A stretch of 64,000 nt of DNA from Spirochaetia bacterium (GCA_965243525.1 OZ251568.1:258236-322235); one strand, 5' to 3'; shown: positions 1 to 10,480, numbered from the stretch's first letter. Notes: generated by a model from the sequence alone, not told the origin. A program made the numbers and translations.

Positions 1-239
1 TTAAGTGCAGGAATATTCTCTGTCTGAGTGATATCCGCACTAATGCCAAGCGTTTCTACGCCATGGTGTGCAGCAAGTTCAGCCGCATGAGCCTCAGCTC
101 TTTCGCCTCTATCGAGGATGATGATATTTGCCTTGGCAATTGCAAAATTCTCAGAAATACTCGCACCTATGCCCGAAGCACCTCCTGTAATCAGAACTGT
201 CTGTCCTGAAAAATCATAAGCTACGTTAAATGTTTTCAT
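1..239 (-). CDS. SDR-family oxidoreductase, N-terminal part (C-terminus lies beyond the window edge)
   Basis: Reverse-strand translation starts MKTFNVAYDFSGQTVLITGGASGIGASISENFAIAKANIIILD, a Rossmann TGxxxGIG motif. An AAGGAGG RBS sits 4 nt upstream of the ATG at 239. Confidence 0.75.
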   Translation of the reverse strand, partial: MKTFNVAYDFSGQTVLITGGASGIGASISENFAIAKANIIILDRGERAEAHAAELAAHHGVETLGISADITQTENIPAL

Positions 240-263
240 ACGCCCTCCTTTGTGGCCCTAGCC

Positions 264-704
264 CTAGCTTCTGTTTCTATCATAGCTCTCGTAACAAGCG
301 ACCTTTTCCGCGGAGGGAGTGTTAGCCGCATAATCTACGCTGAGATAGGCTTCCAGCAATTCTCCTGCAAGCCCGGTCCCTGTGGTGAAGGCGCCCATGC
401 AGATGATATTCGCCTTATTGCTGCGCACTGCTTTTTTTGCTGAATAAACATCCGATACGAGTGCAGCTATTGCCCCTTTGACTTTATTTGCTGCCACAGA
501 CATCCCTATCCCAGTTCCACAGAGCAAAAGTCCTCTATCATATTTTCCGTCTCTGACTGCTTCCGCAACCGCAATGGCAACCTTTGCATAAATTGGGTCA
601 TCACTGCCAAAGTCTTTCCACTCATGCCCCATTTTTTGGATAAGTGGAATGAGGTATGTTTTCAACGGCGCCGCATTGGGGTCGCAGCCTATAGCAATAC
701 GCAT
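264..704 (-). CDS. RpiB/LacA/LacB-family sugar-phosphate isomerase (copy 1). Candidate erythrulose-4-phosphate isomerase by context.
   Basis: 146 aa, MRIAIGCDPNAAPLK...LLCGTGIGMSVAANK, typical of RpiB. It lies immediately downstream of dhaL-like. Confidence 0.8.
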   Translation of the reverse strand: MRIAIGCDPNAAPLKTYLIPLIQKMGHEWKDFGSDDPIYAKVAIAVAEAVRDGKYDRGLLLCGTGIGMSVAANKVKGAIAALVSDVYSAKKAVRSNKANIICMGAFTTGTGLAGELLEAYLSVDYAANTPSAEKVACYESYDRNRS

Positions 705-713
705 GATTCATCC

Positions 714-1376
714 CTAGGCATCTGATTCTCTTTCTAGCATTTTGCATATAGATTCAGTCATACTCTTAATCAACAAATAGCAAGATGTTGCTCCTGCATC
801 CAAAACGCCACGTGAACGTTCCCCTAGTCGACTTGCTCGTCCAACCTTTGCAATAAGGCCTTCTGTGGATTCATAACCTTTTTTTGCGGCTATCTCCATA
901 TTTTTAAGGGCAACGAAAAAGGATTTGTCTTCCTCGTTTGCTTTTTTTAGAGCTTCTACGGCAGGAATAAGTGTATCAAGTAGTGTTTTATCTCCTAGCT
1001 GAGCATTTCCAAGTGATTGTATTTCTTCAAGACCATTGTGCAACATCGTGAAAAAGCAGGCGCTTCCAATTTCATCCGCTTTGTTGCTTTCCTCATACAG
1101 AGCAAGAAAAAACATTCCATAAAGAGGCCCCATTGATCCACCTATCTCGGTAAGAAGCACTGTCCCTAATTTTTCTATCGCAGTACTGAAAGTGTCGTCA
1201 TCTGTGAGGATCTCACCACAGCGCGTGAACCCTTTATTCATATTGATTCCATGATCTCCGTCGCCTACTGCTCCATCTATCTCGCTCAGATGGGATACGT
1301 TCTGTTGTATTATCGTGATCATATTTTTGACGATACAGGATGATCTCGTGTCGTTTTTAAAACGCTCTGCTGTCAT
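714..1376 (-). CDS. dhaL: DhaL-like ADP-binding subunit of a dihydroxyacetone/ketose kinase (copy 1)
   Basis: 220 aa with the GDGDHGINM motif. It overlaps dhaK-like by 4 nt. Confidence 0.85.
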   Translation of the reverse strand: MTAERFKNDTRSSCIVKNMITIIQQNVSHLSEIDGAVGDGDHGINMNKGFTRCGEILTDDDTFSTAIEKLGTVLLTEIGGSMGPLYGMFFLALYEESNKADEIGSACFFTMLHNGLEEIQSLGNAQLGDKTLLDTLIPAVEALKKANEEDKSFFVALKNMEIAAKKGYESTEGLIAKVGRASRLGERSRGVLDAGATSCYLLIKSMTESICKMLERESDA

Positions 1377-2380
1377 GATTTTTGAAATTGCGTGAGTCCC
1401 ATACTTTCAACATCAAGTGAAATCAGAGGAGCAAGTTCTTCATCAAGTTCCATGAGTGTGAGTGTGGCTCCTCGCATGTCAAGTGACGTAAAATAGTTTC
1501 CCACATAAGACTTGAATACAGACAAGTCATGACGAGAAAGCAAAGCTTCCAGTTTATTGTATAAGATGTACAGTTCCATAACCGGGGTTGCACCAAGTCC
1601 AGAGAGGAGCGCCACAACCTGTTGGCCTTTTTGTATCGGACGATCATCCAATACCGCTGTAATCATCTTCTCTGCAATCTGATCCGCACTCTGCAATGGC
1701 TCGACACTAATTCCAGGTTCGCCATGGTGTCCAATTCCAACCTCCATTTTTCCCTCTTCTATAGAAAAATTTGGATGACCGACTGCAGGAATGCTACAGG
1801 GAGCAAGCCCTACACCAATACTTCGAGTGTTGTCTATCGCCTTTTGTGCAGTAGTAATGACTGAGTCGAGGTTTGCACCCTCTGCAGCTTTTGCAGCAGC
1901 AACCTTCCACATCAAAATCTCCCCAGCAACTCCTCGCCTTTTTTCGCGCTCGTGTCTCGGAGCAGAAGGAACATCATCATTTGCCACAACGCATTTAACT
2001 TCTATCCCCTGTTTTGCAGCCATTCTCATTGCTATCTTTACGTTCATGTTGTCGCCTGCATAGTTTCCATAGAGACAAGCAACTCCATGTCCTGAATCGG
2101 CAGCTTTGAACGCATCAAAAAAGGATTTAGCAGTAGGTGAAGAAAATATCTCCCCAACTGCAACTGCATCAATCATGTTGCGTCCTACATAGCCTATGAA
2201 TGCAGGCTTATGGCCGGATCCGCCGCCTGTCACAATACCAACTTTGCCTGCAATGGGAGCATCTTTATAGCGTATTACTCGTGGGTTTTCAGCAGCCACC
2301 ACAAGATTTCGATGAGCTTTCAAAAATCCCCTAAGCATATCATCTACTACTTGGTCTGTATTATTTACAAAAGTCTGCAT
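1373..2380 (-). CDS. dhaK: DhaK-like substrate-binding subunit of a dihydroxyacetone/ketose kinase (copy 1)
   Basis: 335 aa with the GGGSGHKPAFIGYVG motif of the DhaK family. Confidence 0.85.
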   Translation of the reverse strand: MQTFVNNTDQVVDDMLRGFLKAHRNLVVAAENPRVIRYKDAPIAGKVGIVTGGGSGHKPAFIGYVGRNMIDAVAVGEIFSSPTAKSFFDAFKAADSGHGVACLYGNYAGDNMNVKIAMRMAAKQGIEVKCVVANDDVPSAPRHEREKRRGVAGEILMWKVAAAKAAEGANLDSVITTAQKAIDNTRSIGVGLAPCSIPAVGHPNFSIEEGKMEVGIGHHGEPGISVEPLQSADQIAEKMITAVLDDRPIQKGQQVVALLSGLGATPVMELYILYNKLEALLSRHDLSVFKSYVGNYFTSLDMRGATLTLMELDEELAPLISLDVESMGLTQFQKS

Positions 2381-2414
2381 GCTGTATGCAGTTATGTTAC
2401 ATCATATACACGAG

Positions 2415-2426
2415 TATGTCAACGTA
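2415..2426 (-). promoter_or_regulatory. Candidate promoter/regulatory motif TACGTTGACATA upstream of dhaK copy 1. It contains a TTGACA -35 box and is shared with dhaK copy 2.
   Basis: Reverse-strand TTGACA, then a 17-nt spacer, then TAACAT, 13 nt before the ATG. The same 12-mer occurs upstream of the second dhaK at 11515-11526. Confidence 0.4.
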
Positions 2427-2614
2427 TTAGTTATTAAAATTGACCTGATAGCACTTTTTGTTTTTGTGCAAGAGCAAATCAAATCATGGGTATACACAGT
2501 CGTCCTTCTTCAGTGCGTCTTTTGCGTCTTTTGAAAATACACCTAATCCGATGCAAATGACCCCAACACCGCATGCAATATGCTTATGCAACGATAGCTA
2601 CGTTCCGCAAGATT

Positions 2615-3700
2615 CTAATCCTCAAAGGAATCAAAAATCACCTTGATGGACTTCTTTGCGGGATCCTGCGTAAGATGAAATGCTTCTTCCCAATCCTTTA
2701 AGGCAAATCGATGGGTCACTACCCCCGCTGTTGGCAAGTCCCCAGATGCAATCCATCGTATGACCGGTTCATAGCAATAGGGGCTGAGATGCACCCCATA
2801 GAGATTCAATTCCTTTCTGTCACTGATGATGCTCCAATCCACCGTACACAGGTCTTTGAAGACACTAAACTCAACAAAGGTGCCCATTTTTCGAATGGCC
2901 TGCAGCCCCTGCCCCACACTTGCAGCATTTCCCGTAGCCTCTATATAAACATCACAACCATAACCATCAGTCATCTCCATGATGCGGTCAACCACCTTGT
3001 CCTTGGCCGGATTCATGACTATATCAGCGCCAAATTCCTTTGCAAGTGCAAGTCGATCATCCCTGAGATCAAGCACGATAAGTTTTCGTGGGTTTTTCAT
3101 CTTGATGCACCCCACCATACCCAGACCCAATGGCCCCGCTCCGGAGAGCACCACAAAATCTTCATTGGTCATCTGTGATCGGTCAATACAATGCTTGGAA
3201 CAAGCATAGGGTTCTATGAGCACCGCACTTTCGATGGGGATGTTATCAGGAACTTTGTATACAAGAGCCTCTTTCACAAATTTCATATAGGGCGCCATTC
3301 CACCGTTGACATTGTACTGAAATCCATAGAGATCATGCTTTTGACACATCCAATGTCTGCCTGTTTTGCAGAACATACACTCCCAACAAGGCACAATCTG
3401 CTCAGAAATGACCCTGTCGCCGATTTTGAATCCACCCTTCACCCCCTCACCGAGTGCAACCACATGTCCAATGAATTCATGTCCGGGAATGACCGGCTCC
3501 TTGATATATTTTGGGCTTCCCTCTCCTCCCCAAAAACTTGGAGCTCCTGCATAAGCCTTTATATCACCCGCACAAATACCACAGGCCTCAACTTTCACAA
3601 GAATTTCTTCTCGCTCCACCTGCGGTACGTTGACTTCTTCTAATCTATAATCGCCTGGTCCGTATGCAACCAGTGCCTGCATCTTTGATGGTATCTTCAT
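2615..3700 (-). CDS. Zn-dependent medium-chain alcohol/polyol dehydrogenase (sorbitol/threonine dehydrogenase-like)
   Basis: 361 aa with the GICAGD and GHEFIGHV zinc-binding signatures and a Rossmann GAGPLGLG. Confidence 0.8.
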   Translation of the reverse strand: MKIPSKMQALVAYGPGDYRLEEVNVPQVEREEILVKVEACGICAGDIKAYAGAPSFWGGEGSPKYIKEPVIPGHEFIGHVVALGEGVKGGFKIGDRVISEQIVPCWECMFCKTGRHWMCQKHDLYGFQYNVNGGMAPYMKFVKEALVYKVPDNIPIESAVLIEPYACSKHCIDRSQMTNEDFVVLSGAGPLGLGMVGCIKMKNPRKLIVLDLRDDRLALAKEFGADIVMNPAKDKVVDRIMEMTDGYGCDVYIEATGNAASVGQGLQAIRKMGTFVEFSVFKDLCTVDWSIISDRKELNLYGVHLSPYCYEPVIRWIASGDLPTAGVVTHRFALKDWEEAFHLTQDPAKKSIKVIFDSFED

Positions 3701-3745
3701 CGCTGTTCCTCCAAATATTAGTTATTCGCCAATCACATCCATTGC

Positions 3746-4822
3746 TCATAGATGTAACGACGATGTCATGTCAAAAAAATGAATTCTATCTTCCTTAAAC
3801 GCAATACGAATCGTTTCTCCGCTACCGTACTTCACCTCCTGCAAGGTCGAGATCATAAAATACAATTCTTCTCCCAGTCGTATGCTAATGCGTTTTTCCT
3901 CACCAAGGTTTTCAAATACCGAAACACGCACCGGTGATCCCTCCGGTGAAATGAGCACATCATCCGGGCGTATACCGAAACAAATTGGTGCTCCCTCTGT
4001 CACTTTTTCTGCTGTCTCCTGCGAAATGGCGACCTCGATATCATAAAATCGAATAACATATCCCTTTTTCTGGCGCACCACACAGGCATCAACAATGTTC
4101 ATAGGAGGATCCCCTATGAAATCTGCCACAAACTTGTTGACCGGGTTATTATAGGTGACCGCCGGAGAAGTATATTGCTGCAATCGGCCATGATCCATAA
4201 TCACCAATCTGTCGGCAAGTGACATCGCCTCAAGCTGATCATGGGTAACCAAAATGGTCGTACATTGCATCTCCTTGTGCAGTTTTCGGATCTCCATCCT
4301 CAGCACCTGTCTGAGTTTTCCATCGAGATGCGACATGGGTTCATCAAGCAGCAGTAATTTCGGCCGCCTGACAATCGCACGAGCGATGTTTACCCGTTGC
4401 TTCTGCCCTCCACTGAGCTCAGAGGGATATGCCCGCAGAATATCCTTTACGTGCAACAGTTCTGCAATCTCTTCAACACGTTTCTTCACCACCGACGGTG
4501 TCTCTTTTTTCGCCCTGAGATTAAAGGCGATGTTATCGTATACAGTGAGCGGAGGATAGAGTGCATAATCTTCAAAAGCAAGCCCAATTCCGCGATCCTT
4601 CGGGTCAAGATGGTGAATGTCCTCGCCATCAAGGCTGATCCTTCCCTTGCTGACAGATTCAAGTCCCGCAATCATGCGAAGCGTAGTCGTCTTGCCACAT
4701 CCCGATGGACCGAGTATGGCGATGAATTCTCCACTTTCGCAGGAAAAACTGAAATCGTTGACCGCATATTCTGTTGCGTTTGGATATTTCTTATAGAGTG
4801 TGTGAAGAGCAAGGCTTGCCAT
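3746..4822 (-). CDS. Sugar ABC transporter ATP-binding protein (MalK/UgpC-like), subunit 1
   Basis: 358 aa. Walker A GPSGCGKTT, signature LSGGQKQRV, Walker B LLLDEP, and a C-terminal TOBE-like extension. Confidence 0.85.
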   Translation of the reverse strand: MASLALHTLYKKYPNATEYAVNDFSFSCESGEFIAILGPSGCGKTTTLRMIAGLESVSKGRISLDGEDIHHLDPKDRGIGLAFEDYALYPPLTVYDNIAFNLRAKKETPSVVKKRVEEIAELLHVKDILRAYPSELSGGQKQRVNIARAIVRRPKLLLLDEPMSHLDGKLRQVLRMEIRKLHKEMQCTTILVTHDQLEAMSLADRLVIMDHGRLQQYTSPAVTYNNPVNKFVADFIGDPPMNIVDACVVRQKKGYVIRFYDIEVAISQETAEKVTEGAPICFGIRPDDVLISPEGSPVRVSVFENLGEEKRISIRLGEELYFMISTLQEVKYGSGETIRIAFKEDRIHFFDMTSSLHL

Positions 4823-4824
4823 CG

Positions 4825-5922
4825 TTAATTCTCCTGTATTGCGGTGGTGTCGGTGCTGCGAAAAAACAACAGTTTCGACGTATCAATCTTAAAAAACAAT
4901 TTCTTTCCTATCTGCGGCATGGAATCGCCGGGAAGCAACGTATTAATCTGTACCCCTGAAAAGGAAATCTGCACCACAAAGCGGTTTCCTGTTGAATGAA
5001 AATCGGTGATCTGTCCCTCTTGCCATCCCGCCTGTTTTTGAAAAGAAGAGGCTATGTATATGCCACGTATGCCAACAATAACAGCATCTTCGTGTCCCTC
5101 AAGGAGCTTACGCTGTGTAGTTTGCAAGGGAATGCGAAATTTAGGAGATTCTCTACTCACTATGCTCTTCTCCTTGAGCACACAGTGATATAGATTAATC
5201 TCAGGTTCGCCCACAAGGCTTGCTACAAACGTGTTGCAGGGATGAGAATAGATCGCATCGGCATCCCCCACCTGCACGAGAGAACCTTTGTCTATAATGG
5301 CAATCCTATCTCCAAGGCTTAGTGCCTCCAGATAATCATGCGTGACATAGATGGCGGTGGTGTCGAGTTGCTGCTGGATGGATTTCAATTCTGTACGCAT
5401 GAAATTCTTGAGTTTCGCATCAAGATGCGCCAAGGGTTCGTCCATCAAAAAAACATTGGGATTACGCACCAAGGCGCGCCCCAGAGCAACCCGTTGTCGT
5501 TGTCCATTGCTCATCTGAGAGGGGAGTCGATCAAGCAAATGCCCTATGTTCATCTTCTTCGTGACCGCCTCCACAGCCTGACGGATATCCTTTTCAGATT
5601 TTTTGTACTGAGCACTTCGCAGCGGAAAGGCGATATTATCATAGACAGAAAAATGAGGATAGAGCGCATAATCTTCAAATACCATTGCAACATTGCGCAT
5701 ACTCGGTGCTATGTCAGGATCCATTGCCTTCCCATCAAAGGAGACAATTCCTTCATCACAGTCGATTATCCCAGATATTATAGACAACAGCGTTGTTTTG
5801 CCCGCTCCCGCCGGCCCAAACAGGACAAGAAATTCCTTGTCTCGTATGTGCAGAGAAAAATCATTGAGCGCTCTGGCTTCGCCGTATCGTTTTGAAATAT
5901 GCTCAAGGTGTAGTTCAGCCAT
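4825..5922 (-). CDS. Sugar ABC transporter ATP-binding protein (MalK-like), subunit 2
   Basis: 365 aa. Walker A GPAGAGKTT, signature MSNGQRQRV and FLMDEPLAHLD. Confidence 0.85.
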   Translation of the reverse strand: MAELHLEHISKRYGEARALNDFSLHIRDKEFLVLFGPAGAGKTTLLSIISGIIDCDEGIVSFDGKAMDPDIAPSMRNVAMVFEDYALYPHFSVYDNIAFPLRSAQYKKSEKDIRQAVEAVTKKMNIGHLLDRLPSQMSNGQRQRVALGRALVRNPNVFLMDEPLAHLDAKLKNFMRTELKSIQQQLDTTAIYVTHDYLEALSLGDRIAIIDKGSLVQVGDADAIYSHPCNTFVASLVGEPEINLYHCVLKEKSIVSRESPKFRIPLQTTQRKLLEGHEDAVIVGIRGIYIASSFQKQAGWQEGQITDFHSTGNRFVVQISFSGVQINTLLPGDSMPQIGKKLFFKIDTSKLLFFRSTDTTAIQEN

Positions 5923-5924
5923 GC

Positions 5925-6752
5925 TTATCCCTTTACCGCCCCGAAACTCAGTCCACGCACCAAATGCTTTTGGATGAGTATGGCAAGCAAAATCTCCGGA
6001 AGCACTGCAATGAGCGAGGCGGCTGCCATCTGCCCATAATGAACCGTGTCCGATGCAAGATATTTCAACGAAGATACGGTGATGGTTTCTACGGAATAGC
6101 CACTGAGCAGCAGTCCAAATGTAAAGCTGTTCCAGGCAAAGATGAATGCCAACAATCCCGACGCCACCAACCCTGGACGGATGAGGGGAACGAGTATTTT
6201 GAAAAAAATCTGAATGCGTGAATACCCATCTATGCGCGCTGCATGCTCAAGATTTACGGGTATATCTTCAAAATAACCACGGAGCACCCATATGAGCAGG
6301 GGCAGGGTGATGAGTTGATATACCCAGATGAGTCCAAAATAGGTGTCGTAGAGCCCCATAACTTGATAGATAAGAAAGAGCGGGAGGATAACCAATATCT
6401 CCGGTGCAAATTTAAACGATAAAATCATGAAGGCAAGGTTTTCCTTTGCCTTAAATTCAAATCGTGCCAATGCATAGGCTGCGGGTGTTCCCACTGCAAT
6501 AGAAAGGAGTACCGCTCCAGAACTCACCAGCACATTGTCGAGGAAGGCTCTGAGATAATCGGTTCCCACCAACACCTTTTCGTAGTTCTCCAAAGTCGGA
6601 GAAAAAATAAAGATCGTCCTAAAAATATCCTCATCACTTTTAAAAGATATGAGCAACATCCATAGGATGGGAAAGAGTGAGAATACAACCCAACATCCCA
6701 AAAGGAGTATCAACAAAAGTGATACCGGTGTGATTTGTCGCTTTCCTATCAT
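5925..6752 (-). CDS. Carbohydrate ABC transporter permease (MalG/UgpE-like)
   Basis: 275 aa multi-TM protein containing an EAA-like loop (EHAARIDG). Confidence 0.8.
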   Translation of the reverse strand: MIGKRQITPVSLLLILLLGCWVVFSLFPILWMLLISFKSDEDIFRTIFIFSPTLENYEKVLVGTDYLRAFLDNVLVSSGAVLLSIAVGTPAAYALARFEFKAKENLAFMILSFKFAPEILVILPLFLIYQVMGLYDTYFGLIWVYQLITLPLLIWVLRGYFEDIPVNLEHAARIDGYSRIQIFFKILVPLIRPGLVASGLLAFIFAWNSFTFGLLLSGYSVETITVSSLKYLASDTVHYGQMAAASLIAVLPEILLAILIQKHLVRGLSFGAVKG

Positions 6753-7645
6753 GCCGTCCCCCTGTTCTGTGTCTTGAGACTGATGAGAAACCGCCTCACC
6801 AATACGCTACTTATGTAATAAATAATCATCCACAACACCAAAAGATAGGGGATGGCTGCTGCCATACGTGAAAAGGCAAATCCTATGGTATAGCCCCGCA
6901 GAGAAAGCGTCATGGTGGCGTCTCCCGGACCTCCCTTTGTCAATGCAAAGATGATTGCGAATTCCTGAAAGGCGGCCATGAGACGAAATATAAGAGCTAT
7001 GTAGATGAATGGTTTTAGAAGCGGCAGCAAGAGGCTGCGAAACACAAAAAATGGACTTCCGCCATCTAATTGTGCAGCTTCAAAAGGGGATTTAGGCAGG
7101 GTGTGCAGTCCTGCAAGCACGAGCAACATGACAAAGGGCGTATACACCCAGATGTCGATAAGCGCAACGGTGAGCAAGGCGGTGCTTGGTGATGCTGCCC
7201 ATGGGAAGTTGTATAATCCAAAAAGATTTAGGAACTTTTCCACAATACCCACCGAGGTGTTCAACATGAGCTGCCAGATCAACGTTGCGATCACTGGAGC
7301 AACCATGAGTGGGATAACTAGGGCCACTTTTAGCACACTGATAATCGGCCCAGAAAATTTATAAAGCAGCAAGGCGATCCCAATTCCCAGGATTAATTCC
7401 ATTGCGGTTGTGAGAATCGCATAGATGCAGGTCGTGCCAAGCGATTGCCAAAAGGCCGGATCACTGAACATAGCTGTCCAGTTCGCTAACCCTATAAAAT
7501 TCATGGTCGGACTACGGAATGAATACCCCGTGAAGGACAACACAATGGAAAACACAAAGGGAACAAGAATGCCAATGGTAGTGATAATTGCAGGCATAAG
7601 CACTGCATAGGGTATCCATGTTCGTTTGATTTTTACGGGCCACAT
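6749..7645 (-). CDS. Carbohydrate ABC transporter permease (MalF/UgpA-like)
   Basis: 298 aa multi-TM protein with EAAQLDGGSP. Confidence 0.8.
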   Translation of the reverse strand: MWPVKIKRTWIPYAVLMPAIITTIGILVPFVFSIVLSFTGYSFRSPTMNFIGLANWTAMFSDPAFWQSLGTTCIYAILTTAMELILGIGIALLLYKFSGPIISVLKVALVIPLMVAPVIATLIWQLMLNTSVGIVEKFLNLFGLYNFPWAASPSTALLTVALIDIWVYTPFVMLLVLAGLHTLPKSPFEAAQLDGGSPFFVFRSLLLPLLKPFIYIALIFRLMAAFQEFAIIFALTKGGPGDATMTLSLRGYTIGFAFSRMAAAIPYLLVLWMIIYYISSVLVRRFLISLKTQNRGTA

Positions 7646-7821
7646 ATCGTTATCCTTCCAGTTTGATTGTTGTTCTGTCTCGAGTCATTTGTCTCTGCTG
7701 AACCGTTCGTTTGATTCACCTGTTCGATTCAAGACAGCACGTTTTCTGATTCCAGATTGAATAATTCCTGCCACAGCGAATCCCACTGCAGCAAGAATTT
7801 CATTTCTAAATGTATACTAAT

Positions 7822-9255
7822 CTATTGCGTTTCAACGTCAGCCAAAACTCTGTCCATTTTATCCTTCAATGTGTTCATAGCTTCTTCCACCGATTCATAT
7901 TTTCCAGCAACGATATCTTGCAATGTTGCCGCCCATTCAGTCGTGAGTTCGAAAAAATGTGGTTGTGGCGTGAAGAGTATGGAGGTCCCATCGATGGTTT
8001 TAGCAAAGGATTCAAGATAGCCTTCCGCCTCCCCGACGATGGACTGAAATGCAGGATGATTGAACACCGATGAACGCGGAGGATCTACTGCCTTGTCTTC
8101 GGTCACTGACCACAATTGATATTCCTTGTTTGTGAAATACTGCAAAAACATCCATGCCGCACCCTTGTTCTTAGACGAAGAATTCATCGCGATAGCCCAT
8201 ACCCAAAGGTTAGACTTTCGGTCCGCATCGGCTACACCATCAGGAAGTGGCGCAGGCACCCAAGAGAGATTTCCCGATTCCTGTGAAGATCCCGGAAAGT
8301 TCTGAAAATACATGGTGTTATCAGCTGCAAATCCCATCGCAGCTTTCTTTGCTCCTACATCGGTTCCCACTTGATACCAAGTATAGGTGCTCCAAGTTGG
8401 TGCTCCACCCTTCTGAACAAGCTCTATCCAATCCTCTGTCATGCGTATCGCCTCTGGCGAATTCACCGCAGAAACAAGCCTGCCGTTTTCTTTGACGATG
8501 TCCTGTGCGCCATAATTTGCATAGGTGGTGATGTATTCAGGATGGATCGTAGCCCAGTTACGTGTGCCGCGCAGCGCAACTCCGTAGGAGCCTGGTCCAT
8601 CAAATTCACTGAGTTTTTCAGACGTATCGATGAGTTCGCGAATGCTGGTAGGTGGGGTCAACCCCATCTCTTCAAACACAACCTTGTTATAGGCCAAGGT
8701 ATACAACTCAAACCCAATCGGCAATGCCCACAACGGACCACTGCCTACTGGTTCACCAGGAACAAGATCCCAACGAAGCGATCCAAGTACGCCATCAAAA
8801 AAATCATCAGCATCATAGCCCGCTTCAGTCAAACTATCATGTGCTATATACTGATCAAGTTCCTCGACATACCCAGCGGATGCATAATCCCAAAGTTGAT
8901 AGGCCCCTGTCATAAATATATCAGGTACCCCAGACGCACTTGTCAACGTAGTGCTCACTTTGTCAAAATAATTTTCTTCCGGTGTATCGCTGAATTCCAA
9001 CGTAATCCCAGTAGCATCAGTAAACTCGTCCACCTTCTTGATAATAGCATCCGCATAGGGGTGGTTGTTAAAAAGAATGGTGAGATGTGAACCCTCGTAT
9101 CGTCGCCAATCAAATTCACCGCTTGCCTCTAAAGGATTCTCAGACTCCTCCGGTTGAGCGCAGGAAATGATAAAAATTAAAAGTATACTAAAAAGTATCC
9201 CAATGGCTGTTTTGCCAAGAATCTTTGATATATGTTTCATATATCCTCCTATCAA
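7822..9255 (-). CDS. ABC transporter substrate-binding lipoprotein (SBP family 1) for sugar/polyol
   Basis: 477 aa with a signal peptide plus Cys (FIISCAQP). It sits at the head of the permease/ATPase genes. Confidence 0.75.
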   Translation of the reverse strand: MIGGYMKHISKILGKTAIGILFSILLIFIISCAQPEESENPLEASGEFDWRRYEGSHLTILFNNHPYADAIIKKVDEFTDATGITLEFSDTPEENYFDKVSTTLTSASGVPDIFMTGAYQLWDYASAGYVEELDQYIAHDSLTEAGYDADDFFDGVLGSLRWDLVPGEPVGSGPLWALPIGFELYTLAYNKVVFEEMGLTPPTSIRELIDTSEKLSEFDGPGSYGVALRGTRNWATIHPEYITTYANYGAQDIVKENGRLVSAVNSPEAIRMTEDWIELVQKGGAPTWSTYTWYQVGTDVGAKKAAMGFAADNTMYFQNFPGSSQESGNLSWVPAPLPDGVADADRKSNLWVWAIAMNSSSKNKGAAWMFLQYFTNKEYQLWSVTEDKAVDPPRSSVFNHPAFQSIVGEAEGYLESFAKTIDGTSILFTPQPHFFELTTEWAATLQDIVAGKYESVEEAMNTLKDKMDRVLADVETQ

Positions 9256-9359
9256 TAAGATATTCTACCGCTATATGGCCTTCCTTCTTGAGGCGACCAT
9301 AGTTTAATCGTGAATACTACTCCACCGTTCTTTTTCTTCTTAATCTGGCACGCTACCTC

Positions 9360-9821
9360 TCATCCTCCACGCATGTCGTCATAGTCTACATATCGCTCAA
9401 GCTTCTTTTCAGAGGCTGTTCCAACGATATACGTCGTGCCTAGATAAACCTTCAAAAGATCCTCTGCAAGGCCGGCACCAAGGGTGAATGCACCCATACA
9501 GATGATGTTGGCCTTGTTGCTGGTGACCGCTTTTCTCGCTGAATAGAGATCTGATACCAAGGCAGCAAAGGCACCACGCACCTTATTTGCAGAGATGCTC
9601 ATCCCAATGCCGGTTCCGCAAAGCAGAACCCCCCTGTCGTAATGACCGAGGGCAACTTCTTTGGCAACTGTAATCCCTACATTGGCATAGATGAGGTCAT
9701 CGCTTCCAAAATCTTTCCATTCATGACCAAGATCTTTGATCACTGCTATCAAGGTCTGTTTCAAGGCAGCTGCATTGGGGTCACAGCCTAGGGCAATCCG
9801 CATGACTTGCTTTTCATTCAT
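9360..9821 (-). CDS. RpiB-family sugar-phosphate isomerase (copy 2)
   Basis: The paralog of 264-704 (MRIALGCDPNAAALK...LLCGTGIGMSISANK). The start is chosen at MNEKQ so that it abuts the dhaL stop; the longer ORF extends to 9887. Confidence 0.75.
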   Translation of the reverse strand: MNEKQVMRIALGCDPNAAALKQTLIAVIKDLGHEWKDFGSDDLIYANVGITVAKEVALGHYDRGVLLCGTGIGMSISANKVRGAFAALVSDLYSARKAVTSNKANIICMGAFTLGAGLAEDLLKVYLGTTYIVGTASEKKLERYVDYDDMRGG

Positions 9822-10480
9822 GACTGCATCTTCTCTTCCAAGAGTCGACCCATGGCCCTTGCCATACTTTTCAAGATGAAATAGCAAGAGGTTGCCCCTG
9901 CATCAAGCTTTCCCCGAGAGCGTTCGCCTAGACGACTTGCCCTCCCCACCTTTGCAACAAGATTCCTCGTTGCTTCATGACCTGTCTTTGCTGCAGCTTC
10001 CATTTTTTGCAGAGAAAGAGCAAAAGATGCACCATCCTCTTGCGCATGAGCGAAGGCCTCGTAAGCAGGAATAAGCGTATCAAGAAGCGTTTTATCTCCC
10101 AACTTTGCATTTCCCACCATTTGTATTTCGCTTATGCCCTTTTCCAGCATGGTTTTAAAGCATTCAGCATCTATCTCTTCTCTGTTTTCACTCACTTCAT
10201 ACAAGGTAAGGAAAAACATCCCATAAATGGGACCCATGGATCCCCCTATCTCTCCAAGCAAAATATTCCCCAATGTCTCGAGTCCTGTGCTTAAAGAATC
10301 ATCATCAGTGAGTTGTTCTGTACAGCGAGTAAATCCTTTGCTCATGTTGATTCCATGATCACCGTCACCGATAGCACCATCGAGTTCGCTGAGATAGCCC
10401 GTCTGCTGCTGAATCTCCGAAATCATCTCTTTCACCACAAAAGATGAATGATTATCGTTTTTGAAAGAATCCGCACTCAT
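9818..10480 (-). CDS. dhaL: DhaL-like kinase subunit (copy 2)
   Basis: 220 aa with the GDGDHGINM motif. It is the paralog of 714-1376. Confidence 0.85.
   Translation of the reverse strand: MSADSFKNDNHSSFVVKEMISEIQQQTGYLSELDGAIGDGDHGINMSKGFTRCTEQLTDDDSLSTGLETLGNILLGEIGGSMGPIYGMFFLTLYEVSENREEIDAECFKTMLEKGISEIQMVGNAKLGDKTLLDTLIPAYEAFAHAQEDGASFALSLQKMEAAAKTGHEATRNLVAKVGRASRLGERSRGKLDAGATSCYFILKSMARAMGRLLEEKMQS

Noticed and set aside
1423-2437. Several 60-100-aa ORFs overlapping dhaK on both strands
   Set aside because: They lie entirely inside the well-supported DhaK coding region. They are alternative-frame artefacts.
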